Positions 12,890 through 25,880 of a stretch of DNA of 64,000 bases are shown piece by piece. Source of the stretch: Okamejei kenojei (Eukaryota); NCBI GenBank assembly GCA_035221665.1, contig CM069162.1, positions 21,576,001 through 21,640,000 on the forward strand, read 5' to 3'. The translations under genes and the position numbers were made by a program. Each line of letters opens with the position of its first letter. Positions within the stretch are counted from its first letter, which is position 1. The notes under the pieces are model-generated. The model made no database searches. It worked only from the letters and a program-made list of their open reading frames with translations, and was not told the origin of the DNA.

Positions 12890-13600
12890 GGTGTTGCTCC
12901 CTTGTTTCTGTTGAGATTGTCACATCGTGTAAGTCATGTTCCTTGTGAAGGGACATAATCCAATCTGTCAGCATGGGAGAAGCTTCTGCATCCAGGAAGA
13001 GGCACAATTGAGGAAGACCCTGGCAATGACCCCACCTGCAATGGAGATAAGCGAGACCTCTCGGTGGTAGATGCAGTCATGTTTGTCTCTCTTCGTGAAG
13101 CTAGCTCCACGCCCCCCTGGCTTATTCCCCTCTCACCAGATGAAGGCATTGAGATAACGGGTCCAAACATGAAGTTCCTCACCAACAAGTCTCCGAATTT
13201 TTATGGCAGAATACTGTCTGCTCCTGAGTCCTTGTTATTTCTCAGATGGGATAAGATCGCATTAAGGTCTTGGGGTGGTGGCAAGTATGCCTTGAATCAT
13301 TAGGTGTGGGACAGAGCCAAAAGCAGATTGCAGTTGAGGACATCTTCCAGAGGGTATCAATTGCCTCTAAATCTTTGATATGTTCTTGGCTCTCATTGGA
13401 TTGGGCCCTTGGGTGTTTGAGCCACATACGGACATCTTTCACAACGATGAACCCAGGCATGTCATGACCATCAGCTATTCGGTCTCTAGATTGTAGGCTC
13501 CCAATGAATTTGGTGCCTGTAGGGACCATAAGGATGTCCATACACAGAGAGCCTTGAAGGATGCTGCCAAATGACAACCGTTGATGCAGCGCCTTTAATA
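12890..13600 (-). pseudogene. Old RTE-clade LINE RT fragment
   Basis: Frameshifted translation LRNNKDSGADSILP...KRDKHDCIYHREVSLISIAGGVIARVFLN...QQKQ.EQHQP resembles RTE RT motifs (NKAAGPDGIP...KGDKSDCGNYRGISLLSIAGKILAR...QEKCREQ). Confidence 0.6.
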
Positions 13601-14559
13601 ATGGATGAGGGATAGAATCCCACTCCTTAGAGTCATGGAGTCTTGCAGCATGGAAACAGGCCCTTCAGCCCAACTTGGCTAGAAAGACAACGATGCCTCA
13701 TCTATGCTCGTTCCACCTGCCTCAGGTTACTATTAAATCTTCCCCCTCTTACCTTAAACTTATTAATTCCAGAGTATAAGGCTCAGAGAACTAAGGCTCG
13801 CAATCCATCAATGACCGCACTCACGCTCTCTTTCCACATGAAGAAGCCTATCTTGGGCGAGGCATGCAAAGACATCTGACCTTTAAGAAGCCAAATGCCA
13901 ACATGAATGAATTGCATCAAGAGAGGGTTAGAAGAAAAATGATCTTTAATATAACCTTGAGATTCACATTTCATTGACAAATTATACTCTTCAATAAATG
14001 ACAGTGGCATTGTCAGAGTTCAGTCATTATAATGAGTTTCATATGTTATGCATCTATTTGTAAGCAACCCGGTCCTTTAATTTACTCTTAAAATGTTTGG
14101 CACTTATTTCGGCGGCAATTCATACAAATTAATCATCTGTGCATAAATTTGCCTTGAATACTAATGAGAGTGGATACCCAGTCTAAATCCCAAGGAGTTT
14201 CCTGGTGAGCTACGACAAGCCTAATGATGTTTGATCTGAAGAAAGGCCAAGGGGACTGACCCTTTCGCATGGGGCATAGAGGGTCTTCATTGGAAGGGCA
14301 TGTCAGGCAGATGTTAGTAATTGAATTAACCTGCTCTTTAAATCAACGCTTTAAACACTCACGTGGGGGGGGGATCTAGATTCCTTAATATCTTGAGATT
14401 TGCTCAAGTATTTTTGCACAATGGTATGGAATTGTGTGAATTTTCAAGAAAGCACAAATACTCTGAGTTTGTTAAGGCTGCATCGTTACTGTAGCAGTGT
14501 TAGCTCAGCAGATTTACCTAACTTTTCCAAGGACCATGCCTCATATTTCGCTTGGGCAG

Positions 14560-14922
14560 CTTACAAGCTTACAGCTTATGAATTTTGCTTACCCAAACTT
14601 CAAGTAACCCTTTGCTTTCCCTCTCTCTCTGTCCCACCTCCAGCCAAGTTCTCCAACTAGTTTATTGTCCTCCTGATTAAATATTACTGACTGTATGCCT
14701 CGTTGTCATCTTCCCCTCATCTAACCATGTACCATTTTCCACTCCTTAATCATCGTCCCCTTTGATCTGCATTTTCACACCTTACCCTTCCATATCTCTA
14801 TGTCTCCCTCTCCCCTGACTCTCAGTCTGAAGAAGGGTCTCGACCCAAAACGTCACCCACTCCTTCTCTCCAGAGATTGTGCCTGTCCCGCTGAGTTACT
14901 CAGGCATTTTGTGTCTATCTTT
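14560..14922 (+). mobile_element. Penelope-like element 3' terminus (pLTR)
   Basis: End of the GIY-YIG ORF, pyrimidine-rich UTR, CTGAAGAAGGGTCTCGACCCAAAACGTC at 14827-14854. Confidence 0.7.
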
Positions 14923-15899
14923 ACCTTCGGAAAATGTGGACAGAGGGGAGAGATGGTGTCAACTTTTATCAGGGTTGGTCAGAGTGCTGATCTGGGAGGG
15001 GAGGGGGTGAGGGTATTAGGAACATTTGAGTGACTCCTAGACAGGGGAAGTGTCAGTGTGACCCCTGTCCCCTCCCAGTAGAATGTAATTCTACTGGACC
15101 CCTGAGATGAGCAGTGGGAGTGGCATTTGGACCTCTTGTGTGAAGCGGAAATGTAATTCTACTGGACTTTATCCCGCACTATACGTTATTCCGTTTATCC
15201 AGTATCTGTACAGCGTGGACAGCTCGATTGTAATCATGTGCAGTCTTTTTGCTGACTGCATACCATGCAAAAAAGTTGCTTTTCATTGTACCTCTGTACA
15301 CGTGATGATAAGTTAAACTAGACGCTCAGGGAAGGTGGCGGAGTGAGCTCTGATCAGCTAGAGTGGCGCTGTGTGAGCTTGTGTTATGGAAGAGAGACTC
15401 TGTGAAACATGGCTGGGGAGGTGGTAACCTGGGTTACGCTGTGGGGCAGGGGGTTGGGGGAGAGGGTGAAGCAGCATTGCATTGAGTATGAGGGTGATGA
15501 CGGAAGGGTGATCAGTTTGAGAAGAAGATGGTTGAACTCTGAGCGCAAGAGTTATGATTTAAGAGGCTTCCATGCATGACTGCTAATCAATGCCTGCTCA
15601 GGACCAAAGCAAGCTTTGACATTTCATCCTGAGAGTGAGTATTAATAATCCTTCTGACAGCTCACAAGCCACAGCTTCTCAATCCAAAAGTGACTGATTT
15701 AATTCAATTCTCTGTTTCCTGTCCTGACCGTTAACCAATCTTCAATATCCTGTTAATCTATCTGCTTCAAAATATCCACAAGCATGACTGCCCTGGTGGA
15801 ACCATTGCTTCTACCTGCTGATGGCCAACTGAACCCACCTCCAAATAGCTTGATTCTATCTTGTCCCTCCTTATCCAGCACCGGCATTCATGACACTAA

Positions 15900-16465
15900 A
15901 GGGCCTGTCCCACTTGGGCCGAATGGCCTAATCAGCGAGTTCTGGCGAGTTTACCCTGGACTCATACTAGCAGCATGGTTGACATGAGGTAGTGGGAGGT
16001 CTTCGTAACTGTCCTTCATGCTCGAGAGTGGTCTCCGCGTACTGGAGGCCTCAGCTAGGTCGCGACGTTTTTTCAATATATTAAAAAATGCCCGAGAGTA
16101 ATAAAAAGTCGCCATGGAAAAAATCAATACTTTTTTTACTCGTAGGTTTAGTCGTAGTAGGTCGGCATGTTAGTCGTCGGTAATCGAGGGTAGTCGAAGG
16201 CAGTCAAAAGTAATCGTAGATAGTCTTCATCATAGTTGAAGGGAGGTCGAAGGAGATCGAAGGAGGTCGTCTTCACTCTCCACTATTCGGTGTCCAATTT
16301 TCCTGAAGTTAGTCGTAGCTAGTCATAGCTAGTCAAAGCTGGTCTTCAGCATAGTGGAAGGGGGTCGAAGGAGGTCTTCTACATGGTTGAAGGAGGTCTT
16401 CAACATGTCATTTTTTCAAACTCTTCTAAACTCGCCAATTAGGTCGCCCAAGTGGGACAGCCCCT
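15900..16465. mobile_element. PIF/Harbinger-type MITE
   Basis: TIR AGGG(C/G)CTGTCCCACTTGGGC; TAA/TAT flanks; CpG-rich AGTCG(T/A)AG internal microrepeats. Confidence 0.8.
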
Positions 16466-16582
16466 TATCCATTTGTTGCCACTTTCAAACAGTTATGGAC
16501 TTGGACCTCAGGATCCCTCTGTACATCCATGCTATTATGTAGATTGGGTGCAGTTTTGGTCTCCGTACCTGTACTTGCCTAA

Positions 16583-16884
16583 CTTTAGACATACAGCACG
16601 AAAACAGGCCTTTCGGCCCACCGAGTCTGCGCCGACCAGCGATCACCCCTTATACTAGCACTATCCTACACACTGGGGACATTATACAATTTTTTTTACT
16701 GAAGCCAATTAACCTGCAAACCTGCACCTCTTGAGTATGGGAGGAAACTGGAGCACCCGGAGAAAGCCCACGCAGTCACGGGGAGAGCGTGCAAACACCG
16801 TACAGACAACATCAGTAGCCAGGATCGACCCCGGGTCTCTGGCTCTGTAAGGCAGCAACACTACCACTGCGCCATCGTGCCGTC
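16583..16884 (-). mobile_element. V-SINE
   Basis: Same SINE on the minus strand. Confidence 0.8.
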
Positions 16885-17596
16885 TCAAATGAAGCAGATC
16901 TTCACCAGATTGATACTTGGACTGGCAGGGTCGTTGCGTGAGGAAACCTTGGGTTACGTTTGCTTGTATTCAGCAGAGTCTTTAGTAGAATGTGAAGGAT
17001 TCACATTGCATCGCATAAAATGCTGACAAAACTGTACAGTCTGGATGTGGGGAAAAAGTGTTTCCCCTTGCTGAGATGTCTGGAAGCACGAGTCACAGTC
17101 TCAGAACATGGGATAAGGCATTTTGTACGGAGACGTGGAGATATTTATTCTTTCAAGGGTGGTGAATTCTTCACCGCAGAAAGACATTGACGCCAATCAG
17201 GGGCCATATTTAAAAAGAGATAGATTTCTGGACACCTAAAATTCAGGACTATGGGGAACAAATGGGAATATGTTATTGGGACATCGGGAGAAGAATGGGG
17301 AGTGCAGGGGAGAGACAAGACTTTGCCCTCCATCACAGCGAGGAGGAGATTCGCTGTGATGGATGGTTGTGTAAATTGTGTTGTGTCGTGGTTCTTTTCT
17401 CGTTGTATGACTGCAGAAACCAAATTTCGTTTGAACTTCATTTGAGGTTCAAATGACAATAAACGGTGTGGTATTGTATTGTATGAGCGTTTACTGTGCG
17501 GATGAACTCCCTCACTCACATCTCCTCTCCTATTTTTCTGTGTTTTCGTGATATATACTTGTGTTCCATGCTCAAAGCAGACTGAGCTTATTTTCC

Positions 17597-17900
17597 GTTT
17601 AGTTTAGTTTAGAGATACAGCGCAGAAACAGGCCCTTCAGCCCACTGAGTCCAGACCGACCAGCAATCCCCGCATTTTAACACTAATCTACACACACAAT
17701 TTACAATTATACCAAGCCAATTAACCTACAAACCTGCACGCCTTTGGAGTGTGGGAGCAAACCGGAGATCCCGGGGAAAACCAACGCAGGCCATGAGGAG
17801 AACGTACAAACTCCATACAGACAACACCCGTAGTCAGGATCGAAACCGGGTCTCTGGCACTGTAAGGCAACACCTCTACCGCTGTTCCACCGTGCTGCCC
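17597..17900 (-). mobile_element. V-SINE
   Basis: Same SINE on the minus strand. Confidence 0.85.
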
Positions 17901-20900
17901 TGACTCTAACTGGTGGTTCCATAGCATTACTTTCAGGATCCTGCTTGTATCAAAATGCGTTTTAATTCCATGTAATTTACAGCAGGGGAGTTGTTGGAAT
18001 TATAACAAAATATCACTTCTCATGAAGCAATTTAGCACTTATTCCACACTCTTCTTCTCATGGGCAATTCATGCAAGATAATTTCACAAAATATCCTTCT
18101 GTTGGATCTCTTAAAGAATTTCCCAAGCTGCACATGTATACCACAATAGTTTGACTTTTACTGCTGTTATGATGATTATGTTCCAGTTAAATCTTGCACG
18201 GAATAAGTTTGTTTAGATTTCCTGGAGTGTCATGGTATTCTTCTACAGACCATTGACAATGGCTACACAAGGAATTGCAGATGCTGGAATATTGAACAAA
18301 TCATAAGTTCTGGAGTAACTCAATGGGTCACGCAGCATCTATGGAGAGGATGTATAGGCGTTGTTTCAGGTTGGGATCCTTCTTCAAATTGCAATGGCCT
18401 TGCAGAGGGAGAGAGAGAGCGAGAGTATTTTTAGCCAATAGCTCAAACAGAAAATGCTGGAAAATCTCAGCAGGTCAGTCAGCATCCGTAGAAGGAGAGA
18501 TTTGGTTAACATTCCAGGTCAAAGACTCCATCTGAACTGGGTAAGGAAGAAAAACAAGTTAGTTTTATGTTATAGAATAGATGGATGAGGAGGGGGAGGG
18601 GGAACGAGAATGAGGAGGGGGGTGGGGGAAGAGAGAACAAATGGATTGGATAAAGGGAAGATCTGTGATAAGCTGAGGCCAGGGTTGTCATGGAAACAAG
18701 TTTCAAAGGTCCTCCAGTCAGATGGGTTAATGGAGGGCGGTAGAAGGATGATAATTTAAACAAAGCAACATGCAAATGGCAGAGAGGAGGGACTTACCCA
18801 GCAGTCTGGAGAAAGTAAAATTTAGTTAAAATCAGAAATGGATGATTTAAAAAAATCTTTGCTTTTCTGCTTTGTGCACTTAAATCGATGGCCTCATAAT
18901 CTCATCTAGGCTGCATTCCATTCTCACCCACTCTTTTGTTTTTCTCCTTGAAGCTCCTTTACTTTCTATTCCCTGCCCACCTCATTCCTTCCCTCTCTAC
19001 CATTTGTATCACCCGCCCACTAAGAAGTATGATATTTGGTCTCCTCAGCTGAATTTCTGAATTAAATTGTGAATAGCTGGGGTCCAAATGCCAACTCTGG
19101 CATTCCCCATGGCAACATGAATGTGGCCAATTTGTTCCCCTTCTTTACATTCTGTCAACTGTCAATCCATGTCCGTATACTAGACCCCTGTTCCAAGTGG
19201 CCTGATCCGTTAACCCACAATTTGCATGGGACCTTACCAAAGATCTTCTAAAAATTCATTTTAACCACATCCACACCCTTATCCAACCTTCTCATCAAAT
19301 CCTCAATTAATGTCATTATATTAGTCTAAGGTTTTTTCCTAAATCTATGACGACTGCTCAATGCTATTATTATTATTATTATATATATTTTTTAAGGCTT
19401 TCTGTTATTATGGACTGACATTTATAATAATCCATGTGCCCATTTCTCAGTCTATTAATACCTCTCCGCAATCTAACATCAATATAGCTTGGCATTTTGG
19501 CCGTCTTGGTGCCATTCCCAAATCAGGACACATGACTTTCTTCCCCTTAGGGTGTGATCCCGGTCATGACACGGGATCAGCAATGAACACACTGGCACAC
19601 ACAGTAAGGTGAACCCACCTGATGGGCTTTATTGCCAGAAAGAAAGAAGAGCATCTCACGTTATGGGAGTGGAATTAGGCCATTAGGCCCATCGAGTCCA
19701 CTCCGCCATTCAAACATGGCAGATCCCAGCCTCCTAATCTTATTTTCCTGTCTTCTCCAACTAAGTAACTAACTCCCTCTCTCCCTCTCTCCCTCTCTCC
19801 CTGGCATATGGGAGGAAACTGGAGGAAACCCACATGGTCACATGGAGAACAAGCAAAGCTCCACACACACAGCACCCAAGGCACCGTGAGGCAGCATCTC
19901 TACCAACTGTGCTTCTGTGCCATCCTTAATGTTCTCAACTTCTTCCCTTAATCGCTCGACAGCAATCCTGAGAAGTTAGCAGGCAGCAGCATTTTCCTGA
20001 TTCCCAATATTCAAGACAGCCTCACTGTCGGTTCATTCCATTCTGACAAATGGAAACAGTTACAGCCTAATTTCATGTCACACAAAACCTCCATGGTACA
20101 GGCACAATTATCGATTTTTATACTTAAACCACAACAATTGCAATAATGTTGACATTATTTTCTGAAAATACGCAGAGAAGATCGCATTTCTCTTTAATTC
20201 ATCAAAGGAAATTAGCATGCGGGAGACACAAAAAAACATCTTCAGCATTAATGGTTTTGTACAATATCGCACTAACCTACTGCAGGACCATTGTACCATG
20301 TCAAAAATAATCACATCATCTGGTAACCATGGCATCCATTGCAGTGTGTTATATTTAAAATAAGTAAGCATAAAAAGCTCAGGGATTTAAAGCTTTGATG
20401 CAAATAGTACCTTGCATTTATATAATAGCTTATTGCATTTCTCAGACATCATGAACTCATTACATTGAATTATTTGGACAGTAATTGTTGTTCTGTAGGA
20501 ACAGACTATTGTTATTTTACGTAAGGTAACAACTGATAAATCTGGGATGCCTGAAGTAAAAGTGAACAGCATTTGAAGGGTAGTCTTAGTGAGACATTAA
20601 ACTAGGTCTTCTTCATTTCGAGTCATAGAATCATACTTCAGCCCAGTTTTCCCCAGCCGACCAAGAGGCTAGTCCTCTCGCAGCTCGTTCAATGTACCCA
20701 TCACTGTGTGGAAAAGTTGATCTTCAGGTCCCTATTTAATCGTTCCTCCCTCACCTTGAACTGACGCCCTCTGGGGAGTTTTCATCTGACTTTGTAAAAA
20801 ACAGGGTTCGGGCAAGGTCAACATTGAGCAGGATGGCACCAGACCTGCCTCCTCCCAAAACCAGAACTTCCTACTCCATGTAGCATAACATCCCTACTCT

Positions 20901-22896
20901 TATATACTATGCCCTGACTAATGAAGAAAAGTATCCAGATTGCCTTCTTCACCATCTTATCCATGTGTGCTTCAACCTTCCATGATCCTTGGGCCTGTGC
21001 ACCACAGTCACTCTGTTCACTTTGGTGTGCTCCCATTTCTCACACTACCCAACACCTCTTTCTCTCCCCTCCCTATCCCCTTTCAACCAAGTCCCTTCCT
21101 CCAGCTTTACATTTCACTCCTCTTCTCTGCTTGTCTGTCACCGTGTTGTCCCTCTCCATTTCTAGCCCATGTCACTTACTCCACTCATCTACCGATCAAA
21201 TCCCCCACACCTGTATCCACCTATCACTTGCCAGGCTTAGCCCTGCTTCGACCTCTCATCTACTCAGCTCTCTATCCCCCCCCCCCCCGCCACCTCCCCT
21301 GACTCCAATCAGTCTAACGATGGATCCTGACCCAAAACGGTGCCGTTACATCCATTACCTCCACAAATCCTGCCTGACCTGTTGAGTTACTCCAGCACTT
21401 AGTCTTTTGGTCAAGATTCCAGCGTCTGAAATCCATTGTGTCTTCTCTCTTTTGAACCCTTCTTGAAGAACCCACAATTTCACCTGTTCCTTTTCTCCAG
21501 AGCTGCTACCTGACCCGCTGAGTTGTTCCAGCACTTTGTGTCCATCTCAGGTATATACCAGCATTCGCAGATCCTTCTGAGACGCATTGAGTCTTTGCTC
21601 TCATTGTGCTTATTAATTTTCTTTTTCGCCACTATAATCACCATCAAGCCACCAATAACTCCCAGTGCCCAACTAAGTTTTGTTTGATCCATCCTTGCAA
21701 CAGCCGCTCCTCTGCTTCCTGCACTTCCAGTCTTAGCAGCTGGTATCACGACACTCCTTGCCAATTGTAATCATTCGAGAGCGTTCGCTGACCTAGCTGG
21801 AGGAGGTTCAATTCTTCAACAGTATTTTGTTGTGATTCTTTGTCCATCTGGAAGTACATATTTAATACAAACGGAGAATCTCCCTTGTAGATTACGATTT
21901 GCGTTCAAAGTCTAAGAATTAACATCAATGGGCCTACTTGGCTTTGTTTCTTAAGCTCCCTGCATTTGCACAACAGGGAGGGATGTCAATATCTGAGCTT
22001 GCTGTACCTCTGTTATCTCCACAGGACTAAAGGTTTTCAGCTAATCAGCGACCCCTGACAATGTTTCCAGTAAATGAGAAGCATACCTCCTTTGAGCCTT
22101 GGGTTTTATTTTCCTGCTTGCAGATGGAGAATTAATGGGAATCATTTTAGTTAATTTTTCCCTTGACATTACTCACTGTGACATCAGTGTTTTATCTATA
22201 AGTGCAGAATTTACTAACCAAGGGAATGGCGAGCTTTGATTCTTCCATTAACCGTTACTGGGCGAGATTGGGTAGAGAGGATAGACACAAAAAGCTGGAG
22301 TAACTCAGCGGGTCAGACGGCATCTCTGTAGAAAAGGAATAGGTGACGTTTCGGGTCGAGACCCTTCCTCAAACTGAGAGTCAGGGGAAAGGGAAACGAG
22401 AGATATAGGATGTTGCAGGACTCTCGTCGGAGGGGAGAGTTCTATTCTCAGGAGTAAAGGAGGCTGAGGGGTAACCTGATAGAACTCTATAATTGTATGA
22501 ACGGCATGGATGGTCAGAGTCCTCTTTCTATGAGAGAGAGAGAGAGCAGAGGTTTAAGGGGAGAATGAGTTTTCGAGAGACCTGAGGGGTAGGTTTTTAC
22601 ACAGGGAGTGGTAGATATCTAGAACCAGCTGTCAGAGGAGGTGGTGAAGTCAGATTACATTTAAGAAGCATTTAGAAAGACACTAAATTGGCAAGGCAAT
22701 GAGATACAGTCCTAATGCGGATAACTTTGGTTATGATAGATGGCAAAAGGTTCAGCATGCAGGTGGTGAATCACCCATTCTGTGCTGCCTGACTCTATGA
22801 TCCTAAGACCCTGACTGGATGTAGTTTATATTTTGCTTGTAAATACCTGGATTTGAACAATATGTATTGCAGTTATCAAAACTGAAAGGTTTGACT

Positions 22897-23440
22897 TTTT
22901 TTTAAATATATATTTTTATTAATGTAGACAGTGATTTTGCAAACATATGTTATGATAGCAATATTTCATATACAACGGTCATGCATTATTAATATTGTCA
23001 AGTAAATCATTTTGACTAATAATTTTTTTGTTTTTTAAAGAACGGGAAACAGAAAGAAAATTAAAATAAAAATCAACATCAAAAAAGAAAATCATAAAGA
23101 ATGGAATAATTTACTATTAATACATCGTAGGAGAAAAGATCAAGGAATATAAAATATAACTTTTCATCTAATCCTGAGTCCAAGTTTCAGTTATGGTTCC
23201 CTGCCGAACCATTCTACCCTTCTAAGTAATCAATGAAAGAAGGCCATATTCTAACGAAAACTTTTTGTTTGTCCATTAGGCCAAATCTGATTCTTTCCAG
23301 GTGTAGGGTCTCCGACATTTCCGTAATCCACATTTTAGTTGTGGGGAATATAGGGTCTTTCCAAAATTTTAATATTAATTTCTTCCCAATTATTATACTG
23401 TAATCTAGGAAATTTCTTTGACTTGTTGTAAGAGGAAAAA
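22897..23440 (-). mobile_element. L1-clade LINE 3' fragment
   Basis: Minus translation ...IIIGKKLILKFWKDPIFPTTKMWITEMSETLHLERIRF...F.RIWPSFIDYL* resembles a fish L1 ORF2 C-terminus; AT-rich UTR, AATAAA and A-tail follow. Confidence 0.7.
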
Positions 23441-23549
23441 CATTTCAGTTTTTTAGTTCAGTATAGTTTATTGTCACGTGTACCGAGGTACAGTGAAAAG
23501 CTTTTGTTGCGTGCTAACCAGTCAGCAGAAAGACAATACATGTTTACAA

Positions 23550-23682
23550 CCAGTCTGAAGAAGGGTCTCGACCCGAAACGTCACCCATTCCTTCGCTCCA
23601 GAGATGCTGCCTGTCCAGCTGAGTTACTCCAGCTTTTTGTGTCTACCTTCAAATTAACCCAGCATCTGAAGTTCTTTCCGAC
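23550..23682 (+). mobile_element. 133-bp Penelope-derived element with an intact minimal hammerhead core and 12-bp TSD
   Basis: ACATGTTTACAA at 23538-23549 and 23683-23694; CTGAAGAAGGGTCTCGACCCGAAACGTC at 23555-23582. Confidence 0.8.
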
Positions 23683-24089
23683 ACATGTTTACAATCCATC
23701 CATTTACAGTGTACAGATTTACAGTGTAAAGAGCTCTGTGCTTATGATATTTATTGATCTTGTCCAGGTATACCCTGACCTTGAACAAAACAGGTTGTAC
23801 CAACAGATGGCCCCCTTCCCCAGCGCATGCTTTAAAAGATGCATCATAGTCATCGCGGTTAGAGAATGGACACGTGGCCGCACTGGCTGATGATGTGCGC
23901 ACTTTGCAAGATTTGATGCATTCGTGAGTGAATTTGTGATGGAATTGGCTTAGTCCATGGAGGAGTGGGGCAATGAGGGAGTTGGGCAGTCACTGTGGGA
24001 ATCAACTCTTAAAGGGTTTGCCTGGTTCACCTGGTGGTAGTCTCCCGAGTGAGTTGGCCGGGGCCACATGGGGCATGGACTCCTTGGAG

Positions 24090-24377
24090 AAGAATAAGGG
24101 GTAGGCCATTTAAGACTGAGATGAGGAAAAACGTTTTCACGCAGAGAGTTGTGAATCTGTGGAAGTCTCTGCTACAGAAGGCAGTGGCGGGCAATTCACT
24201 GGATGTACTCAAGAGAGGTGGATATAGCTCTTAGGGCTAACGGAATGCAGGGATATGGGGAGAAAGCAGGATCAGGGTAGTGATTCTGGATGGTCAGCCC
24301 TGATCATATTGAATGGCGGTGCTGGCTCTAAGGAACAAATGGCCTATTCCTGCACCTATTTTCTATGTTTCTATGAC
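24090..24377 (+). mobile_element. CR1 LINE 3' fragment
   Basis: RIRGRPFKTEMRKNVFTQRVVNLW.SL.QKAV; (TTTCTATG)n tail. Confidence 0.85.
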
Positions 24378-24471
24378 TCCTAAGGGAGTCAAACAGTCAA
24401 CAGTGCGAGTGCTGCAACTATAAGCTAACGCAATAGTAAATGGTAGAATTGGATAGCTTGGTTAGCCTTGG

Positions 24472-24659
24472 ATAGACACAAAATGCTGGAATTACTCAGC
24501 GGGGCAGACAGCATCTCTGGAGAGAAGGAATGGGTGATGTTTCGGGTTGAGACCCTTCTTCAGACTGAGGGATGGACAGTCTGAGGAAGGGTCTGGACCC
24601 GAAACATCACCCATTCCTTCTCTCCAGAGATGCTGCCTGTCCTGCTGAGTTACTCCAGC

Positions 24660-24665
<6 letters not shown>
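24472..24665. repeat. Palindromic pair of Penelope-derived termini
   Basis: Inverted ~90-bp arms around 24570-24576, each with a hammerhead-like core. Confidence 0.75.

Positions 24666-24718
<53 letters not shown>
24662..24718. repeat. (TG)n microsatellite
   Basis: Perfect TG run. Confidence 0.95.
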
Positions 24719-24719
<1 letters not shown>

Positions 24720-24999
24720 TGTCTGTCTGTCTGCCTGTCCGCTGGGGTGTGACCTGCCGAAGAGAAACAGGCGTCTGTGGAACTGGTTTAGCTCTGAGTC
24801 GCTGTCGTTTCCTGCCTTGTCTGGTCCTCCTGTGCTCCAGGTCCATCGCATCAGCGGTGCCCGGGGTCGTTCAGACGGAGTCGCTGCTTGTGCATGGGCT
24901 GCCTGTCCCCACACACAGCCCCGGAGCGGTGTGAGAGAGAGAGAGAGCGAGAGGGAGGGAGGGAGGCGACACTAGATAGGTTGCAGGCCAAAACAAACG

Positions 25000-25880
25000 G
25001 CTCGCCCAGAGATCTGGTGTGTTCTGGGTCAGCACCTGCTGCGGCCTCGCTGCGAGGGGTGATGCATCCTAGTTGTTGGCCGCTTGCTCCAAACCTCGGC
25101 TGGAGCAGCGTTGCTGGTGGCTGAAGAGACCAATGCGGGAATGACAGTCTCTGTGGCAAAGGTCACATTTGTGTGTGTGGTCTCTGGTTTGTTGAAGTTG
25201 CTGCACTCCACTCTGCGTGCCCGCTTGTCTGCCGCTGCATTCAACAGTTTCTCTTCCCCCGTTTTGAGATGTTGGTTCTGGGTACCTCTCCACCTCGTGC
25301 GGCCAGCTGCAAGGCTCTCCCAGGACTCCACATCGATGTCGAGCGCCATCATATCTCTCTTGCAGACATCCTTGTAACGTAGCTGGGGGCAGCTGATGGT
25401 TCTCCTCCCAGATGTCAGCTCTCCATAGAGGATGTATTTTGGAATACGGCCATCCTCCATGTGGTGGACATGGCACAGCTAGCGCAGTCTGTGTTGCCTG
25501 AGTAGGGTGTACATACTGGGAAGGCCCACACGAGACAGGATCTCGGTGTTGCAAGCACACTCTGTCTTGCCAGGATATGCCCAGAATACGGTAGATGCTT
25601 CTCAGGTGGAGGGTGTGAGTCTTCTCTCCTCCCTGGCATATGTAGTCCATGTCTCACTGCCATACAGCAGCGTGCTGTTGACACAGGCATTGTAGACTGC
25701 TATCTCTGTCTTCACTGTCAGCTTTGGGTTGGTCCAAACTCGAGTTGTGAGGCGAGCGAGAGTTGTAGCAGCCTTTCAGATCCTCTTATCAACCTCTGTG
25801 TCCAAGGAGAGGTTGTCGGTGATGGTGGAGCCGAGGTCCGCGAACTGATGGACGGCATCAAGTTGGTCGATGGTGATCAT
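25000..25880 (-). mobile_element. RTE-clade (BovB-like) LINE 3' fragment
   Basis: MEDGRIPKYILYGEL..GRR....PQLRYKDVCKRDM and C-terminal zinc finger CDLCHRDCHSRIGLFSHQQRC; frameshifted. Confidence 0.85.

Noticed and set aside
14719-14730. Partial miR-218-like 12-mer (ATCTAACCATGT)
   Set aside because: Lies in a Penelope-derived repeat, lacks the seed and a precursor hairpin.
21480-21850. 94-aa ORF with a hydrophobic stretch (LSWALGVIGGLMVIIVAKKK) and a nearby acceptor
   Set aside because: Non-ATG start, runs into a Penelope-derived repeat, no recognisable homology.
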